A DNA stretch of 20,000 bases from an uncultured virus (IMG/VR IMGVR_UViG_3300025470_000023) (taxonomy: Duplodnaviria > Heunggongvirae > Uroviricota > Caudoviricetes). Of this stretch, positions 17,372 through 20,000 are shown one piece after another. The stretch's first letter is position 1. Each line of letters opens with the position of its first letter. The position numbers and the translations under genes are program-made. The notes beneath the pieces are model-generated. The model made no database searches, was not told where the DNA came from, and saw only the letters and a list, made by a program, of their open reading frames with translations. The stretch is from the IMG/VR virus record IMGVR_UViG_3300025470_000023; one strand, written 5' to 3'.

Positions 17372-17670
17372 TATTCTTCTTCCTCCCACTCGATGCGGAT
17401 GCAGGCTACTCTCTTGTCTTTCCCAACTTCATCCGATTTATCAGCATGAACCTTGCTGTGGAAATAACACAGAAAATTCCCCGGATAAATATTCACCCAC
17501 CCCTCTTTCTTGACGAGCTTTGGTTTGATGCGGTATTCCATATCCTCATAAAAGATCACATGTTTTGCATTTGTAAATGACACCCATACCCCATCATCGT
17601 CCTTAATCTCAATCTCCTCACCCGCCGCCCACGCAACGATCACATCGTAATGACGGTGTTTAGTTCCCAT
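17371..17670 (-). CDS. Phage hypothetical protein (~99 aa)
   Basis: KHRHYDVIVAWAAGEEIE...EYRIKP...GWVNIY...RVACIRIEWEE; GGAGG before ATG 17670. Confidence 0.7.
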   Translation of the reverse strand: MGTKHRHYDVIVAWAAGEEIEIKDDDGVWVSFTNAKHVIFYEDMEYRIKPKLVKKEGWVNIYPGNFLCYFHSKVHADKSDEVGKDKRVACIRIEWEEEE

Positions 17671-17848
17671 CTTTCTTCCTCCCCTTAAACCTAACTCCAC
17701 GCGCTTCCAAGGCATCCATAGCCTTTTCGCGTTCTTCCGGTTCCATAGCTTCCAACTCCCGCATGATGCCCTCCGCTATGATGGCGAAGAAATCCCTCGT
17801 CTCGTCTGGGCTCATCATAGGGCTCAAACTTTTATCTCCCATATTCAT
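17660..17848 (-). CDS. Hypothetical protein (62 aa)
   Basis: Operon packing; AGGAG upstream. Confidence 0.55.
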   Translation of the reverse strand: MNMGDKSLSPMMSPDETRDFFAIIAEGIMRELEAMEPEEREKAMDALEARGVRFKGRKKDGN

Positions 17849-18056
17849 CTTTCTTCTCCTGTATACGTTTCCTCTGCTCTTTGCTCAACTTAGGCAGCTC
17901 GCTCCATGCGATCACACCCAGCTCGGGGTGATAGTCCCCGATGAACCCATTGCCGAACTCGCTGACCATGTAAATCTTCGTGCCCATCGGCGGCTTCTCG
18001 TCCATGACGAGCTTCAGCTTGGGCTCATCGGCAGTCAGTACGGGGCGTTCATACAT
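17832..18056 (-). CDS. Hypothetical protein (74 aa)
   Basis: GGAGG RBS; PPMGTKI...GVIAWSELPK. Confidence 0.65.
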   Translation of the reverse strand: MYERPVLTADEPKLKLVMDEKPPMGTKIYMVSEFGNGFIGDYHPELGVIAWSELPKLSKEQRKRIQEKKDEYGR

Positions 18057-18264
18057 CGGGGTCCTCCTTCACTATCGGCACATCGCGCCATTCGTACTCT
18101 GGCTCCAGTTGGTTCACGTACAGTTGCTGCAGAACTTTCTCTATGTACCCGTAGTACCCGCCATTTGCATCGCCGCTAGGTTTTTGCTTTTTCCTTTCCA
18201 CCCACCTAAAGCTGCAACAGGCGCTTGGTTTCCATATAGCGGGTTCTAAGTTGAATGGTTTCAT
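18049..18264 (-). CDS. Hypothetical protein (71 aa)
   Basis: GGAGG RBS; ATGA overlap; FRWVER...VLQQ...EWRDVP. Confidence 0.65.
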   Translation of the reverse strand: MKPFNLEPAIWKPSACCSFRWVERKKQKPSGDANGGYYGYIEKVLQQLYVNQLEPEYEWRDVPIVKEDPDV

Positions 18265-18470
18265 TCTTCCTCCAACGCTTTCAGCGCGGCTCGGGCTGTT
18301 AATCCAGCTTCATCTACGCAGACCCATCCTCCTGCAATCTTTTCCAACGCCTCAACCAACCCATCAACAAGGTCGGCGCGGATGTATATAACGTCTTTTG
18401 CTTCTGGATGCGATGCTGTCCATACGTTTGCATCCCCATCAACCCAAATCTTCTTCGGCGCTTCATTCAT
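18261..18470 (-). CDS. Hypothetical protein (69 aa)
   Basis: APKKIW...YIRADLV...LVEALEKIA; ATGA overlap. Confidence 0.65.
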   Translation of the reverse strand: MNEAPKKIWVDGDANVWTASHPEAKDVIYIRADLVDGLVEALEKIAGGWVCVDEAGLTARAALKALEEE

Positions 18471-18805
18471 TTCCCCTCCCTCACTTTCCTAGTCCTGTAG
18501 TACCGGCTCCTTTCGATACCGGCAGTTCTTATAGCATCGCAAACCCTCACTCCATCGTTGATTAGCGAACAGGCTCTAAGGAATGCCGCTTCAAATTTTG
18601 GGTCTGGTGTATAGGGCCCGGGGCCAAAGTTGGCACTGCAATAGGGCGATAAGAGTTTAAGAAGGTGCGCTCTCTGTCTTACCGAATTGCTCGTCCTTGA
18701 GTACCCTGCCAACTGCAGTCTGACCATCGCGCCGGGGAGCCCTTCCTTGGGATACCACTCTTTGAGTATGCGATCCTCTCCCGTAGTCCATGCGTAGTTA
18801 CCCAT
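18467..18805 (-). CDS. Putative DNA-binding protein (Myb/SANT-like N-terminus, HTH-like C-terminus)
   Basis: WTTGEDRILKEWYP...RTSNSVRQRAHLL; DAIRTAGIERSRYYR; GGAGG RBS. Confidence 0.6.
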   Translation of the reverse strand: MGNYAWTTGEDRILKEWYPKEGLPGAMVRLQLAGYSRTSNSVRQRAHLLKLLSPYCSANFGPGPYTPDPKFEAAFLRACSLINDGVRVCDAIRTAGIERSRYYRTRKVREGK

Positions 18806-19019
18806 TGTCTTTTTCCTCCCGCCAGTATTGTTCCCACGGCTCCACGTTTTCCACCTTCATAGTCGGCTTGAACCCACCGGGGTAGCTAGAAAGCATGGCC
18901 GCATCCCTAAGCTGATAAAGGCACTGCAGATAGCTCCTAGCCTTAAATATCTCGTCGTTAATGTGTTTTATCTCGGCCTCTTGGTGCTGTCGCCATTGCT
19001 CGAAGAGCTCTTCATTCAT
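18798..19019 (-). CDS. Hypothetical protein (~73 aa)
   Basis: GGAGG upstream; overlaps neighbouring genes. Confidence 0.55.
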   Translation of the reverse strand: MNEELFEQWRQHQEAEIKHINDEIFKARSYLQCLYQLRDAAMLSSYPGGFKPTMKVENVEPWEQYWREEKDNG

Positions 19020-19425
19020 CACCCCCTCCTATCTCGTGGTGTTTTTCTGCGAAACGGACGCCAGCTACAAATGTTAAATACTCTGGGGTTCCCATGTTAG
19101 GCAGTTCCTCCTGCGTCATCGGCTTCCTTGCTGGCGAGGGTCTGGTGTAGAGAGCGCGGCGTTTATATTCTGGGTACATCCCGGCGTCATCGAATACGTC
19201 CTTAGCTACATCAATCCACGCAGTGCTGGTTGATCCTTCAGCCATTGCTATTTGATACACAGGCTCTGCTTCTGGTTCTGGTCTGGTGTAGAGGGGTTCA
19301 AACCCATCAGTTTTATGAAACGCTACTATCTGATCTCCATTAGGCGTTGTTCTCATCCACGCCACAGGCTTATCTGCTTCTGGCTCGGCGGCGAGGTTCT
19401 TACGATTGTCTTGCGTAGTTTCCAT
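19012..19425 (-). CDS. Accessory protein with two PVxx...LYTRP modules; start lies inside the upstream HNH gene
   Basis: AEPEADKPVAW...PLYTRP / EPEAEPVYQ...ALYTRP; GAGGAG 4 nt before ATG 19425. Confidence 0.65.
   Translation of the reverse strand: METTQDNRKNLAAEPEADKPVAWMRTTPNGDQIVAFHKTDGFEPLYTRPEPEAEPVYQIAMAEGSTSTAWIDVAKDVFDDAGMYPEYKRRALYTRPSPARKPMTQEELPNMGTPEYLTFVAGVRFAEKHHEIGGGDE
19139..19293. repeat. 14-nt direct repeat (LYTRP module ends)
   Basis: GGTCTGGTGTAGAG at 19139-19152 and 19280-19293; also TCTGCTTCTGG at 19265-19275 and 19373-19383. Confidence 0.7.
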
Positions 19426-19909
19426 GATGCTCCTCTCTGGCTTTTTGCGCGGCTAACACAGCTTCCTCAACAGTCTTAAATGTTCCGATATTTATTTGCT
19501 TGTTGTGTTTCCATATAGAAACCCTGTATGTGCCATATTTCTCTCTGTAGTAGACGTTTTTGATGCCAGAAATGTTGGTCGTTTGAATTTTGCGGTTCCA
19601 ATTATTTTCTGTTGAATTTGCCGGTCTTAAGTTTTCAATTTTGTTGTCCAATCCGTTCCCGTTTATGTGGTCAAGAATGGCATCAGGCGCAGAACCATGA
19701 AACAAAAACCAAACGACATGATGTGCGCGTACTGATTTACCCGGAATTGCTTGAACGCTGTAGTATTTCTTTCGACTAGCCAACGATCCCGCTGGTTTAC
19801 CCTTCTTATTCCTTCCGCTATCCACTTTCCAAACCAAGCAACTTGGGCTTGATTCATCGTATTCATAGCGTTCAGCGGCCCGTCTCAGCAGTTCGGTTGC
19901 AGTACTCAT
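19400..19909 (-). CDS. Free-standing HNH-AP2 homing endonuclease
   Basis: RAHHVVWFLFHG...ILDHINGNGLDNKIENLR...ENNWN plus AP2-like SGIKNVYY...YRVSI...IGTFKTVEEA. GGGAGG and an ATGA overlap at ATG 19909. Visibly AT-richer than the flanks. Confidence 0.88.
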   Translation of the reverse strand: MSTATELLRRAAERYEYDESSPSCLVWKVDSGRNKKGKPAGSLASRKKYYSVQAIPGKSVRAHHVVWFLFHGSAPDAILDHINGNGLDNKIENLRPANSTENNWNRKIQTTNISGIKNVYYREKYGTYRVSIWKHNKQINIGTFKTVEEAVLAAQKAREEHHGNYARQS

Positions 19910-19998
19910 GCTTCCTCCCAAATACCAAGCGCCACATAAAGATCCTTCTTGCATTCGTATTCGGCAATGTCCTCGTGCAAACTGTCTCGGCCAAAGGC
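19906..19998 (-). CDS. 3' end of a hypothetical gene (partial)
   Basis: Open frame AFGRDSLHEDIAEYECKKDLYVALGIWEEA* ending at TGA 19908-19906, overlapping the next ATG. Confidence 0.5.
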   Translation of the reverse strand, partial: AFGRDSLHEDIAEYECKKDLYVALGIWEEA

Positions 19999-20000
19999 TG

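Noticed and set aside
19663..19866. 67-aa alternative-frame ORF inside the HNH-AP2 gene
   Set aside because: Short, no RBS or motif, and it stops well before the downstream ORF, so it is not a through-reading host frame.

Overview
A 20-kb piece of a tailed dsDNA phage or prophage with two convergent blocks. The plus strand (<1-6047) carries the 3' part of a giant (>2000 aa) polyvalent, probably virion-ejected protein. It has a zincin-like HExxxH motif, an ADP-ribosyltransferase-like region and an LPD38-like C-terminus. The minus strand (20000->6141) carries small accessory ORFs, a VRR-NUC nuclease, a family A DNA polymerase, a Cas4-like PD-(D/E)XK nuclease, a small HNH-like protein, an intein-containing SNF2-like helicase, a promoter/terminator-bounded trio (130-aa protein, HTH, SSB-like) and a primase-helicase. 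The most striking signal is repeated same-strand, +1-frame gene nesting with the host frame left fully open. (1) A complete HNH endonuclease gene (163-693) and an unannotated 52-aa basic gene (694-852, own RBS) lie inside the giant protein ORF with no visible intein or intron. (2) A complete HNH gene with its own RBS (11999-11322) lies out of frame at the endonuclease position of a 310-aa intein in the helicase. A third HNH-AP2 gene (19909-19400) appears to have split a small accessory gene, and its alternative frames are closed, which gives an internal control. All family calls come from motif recognition by eye, not from database searches.
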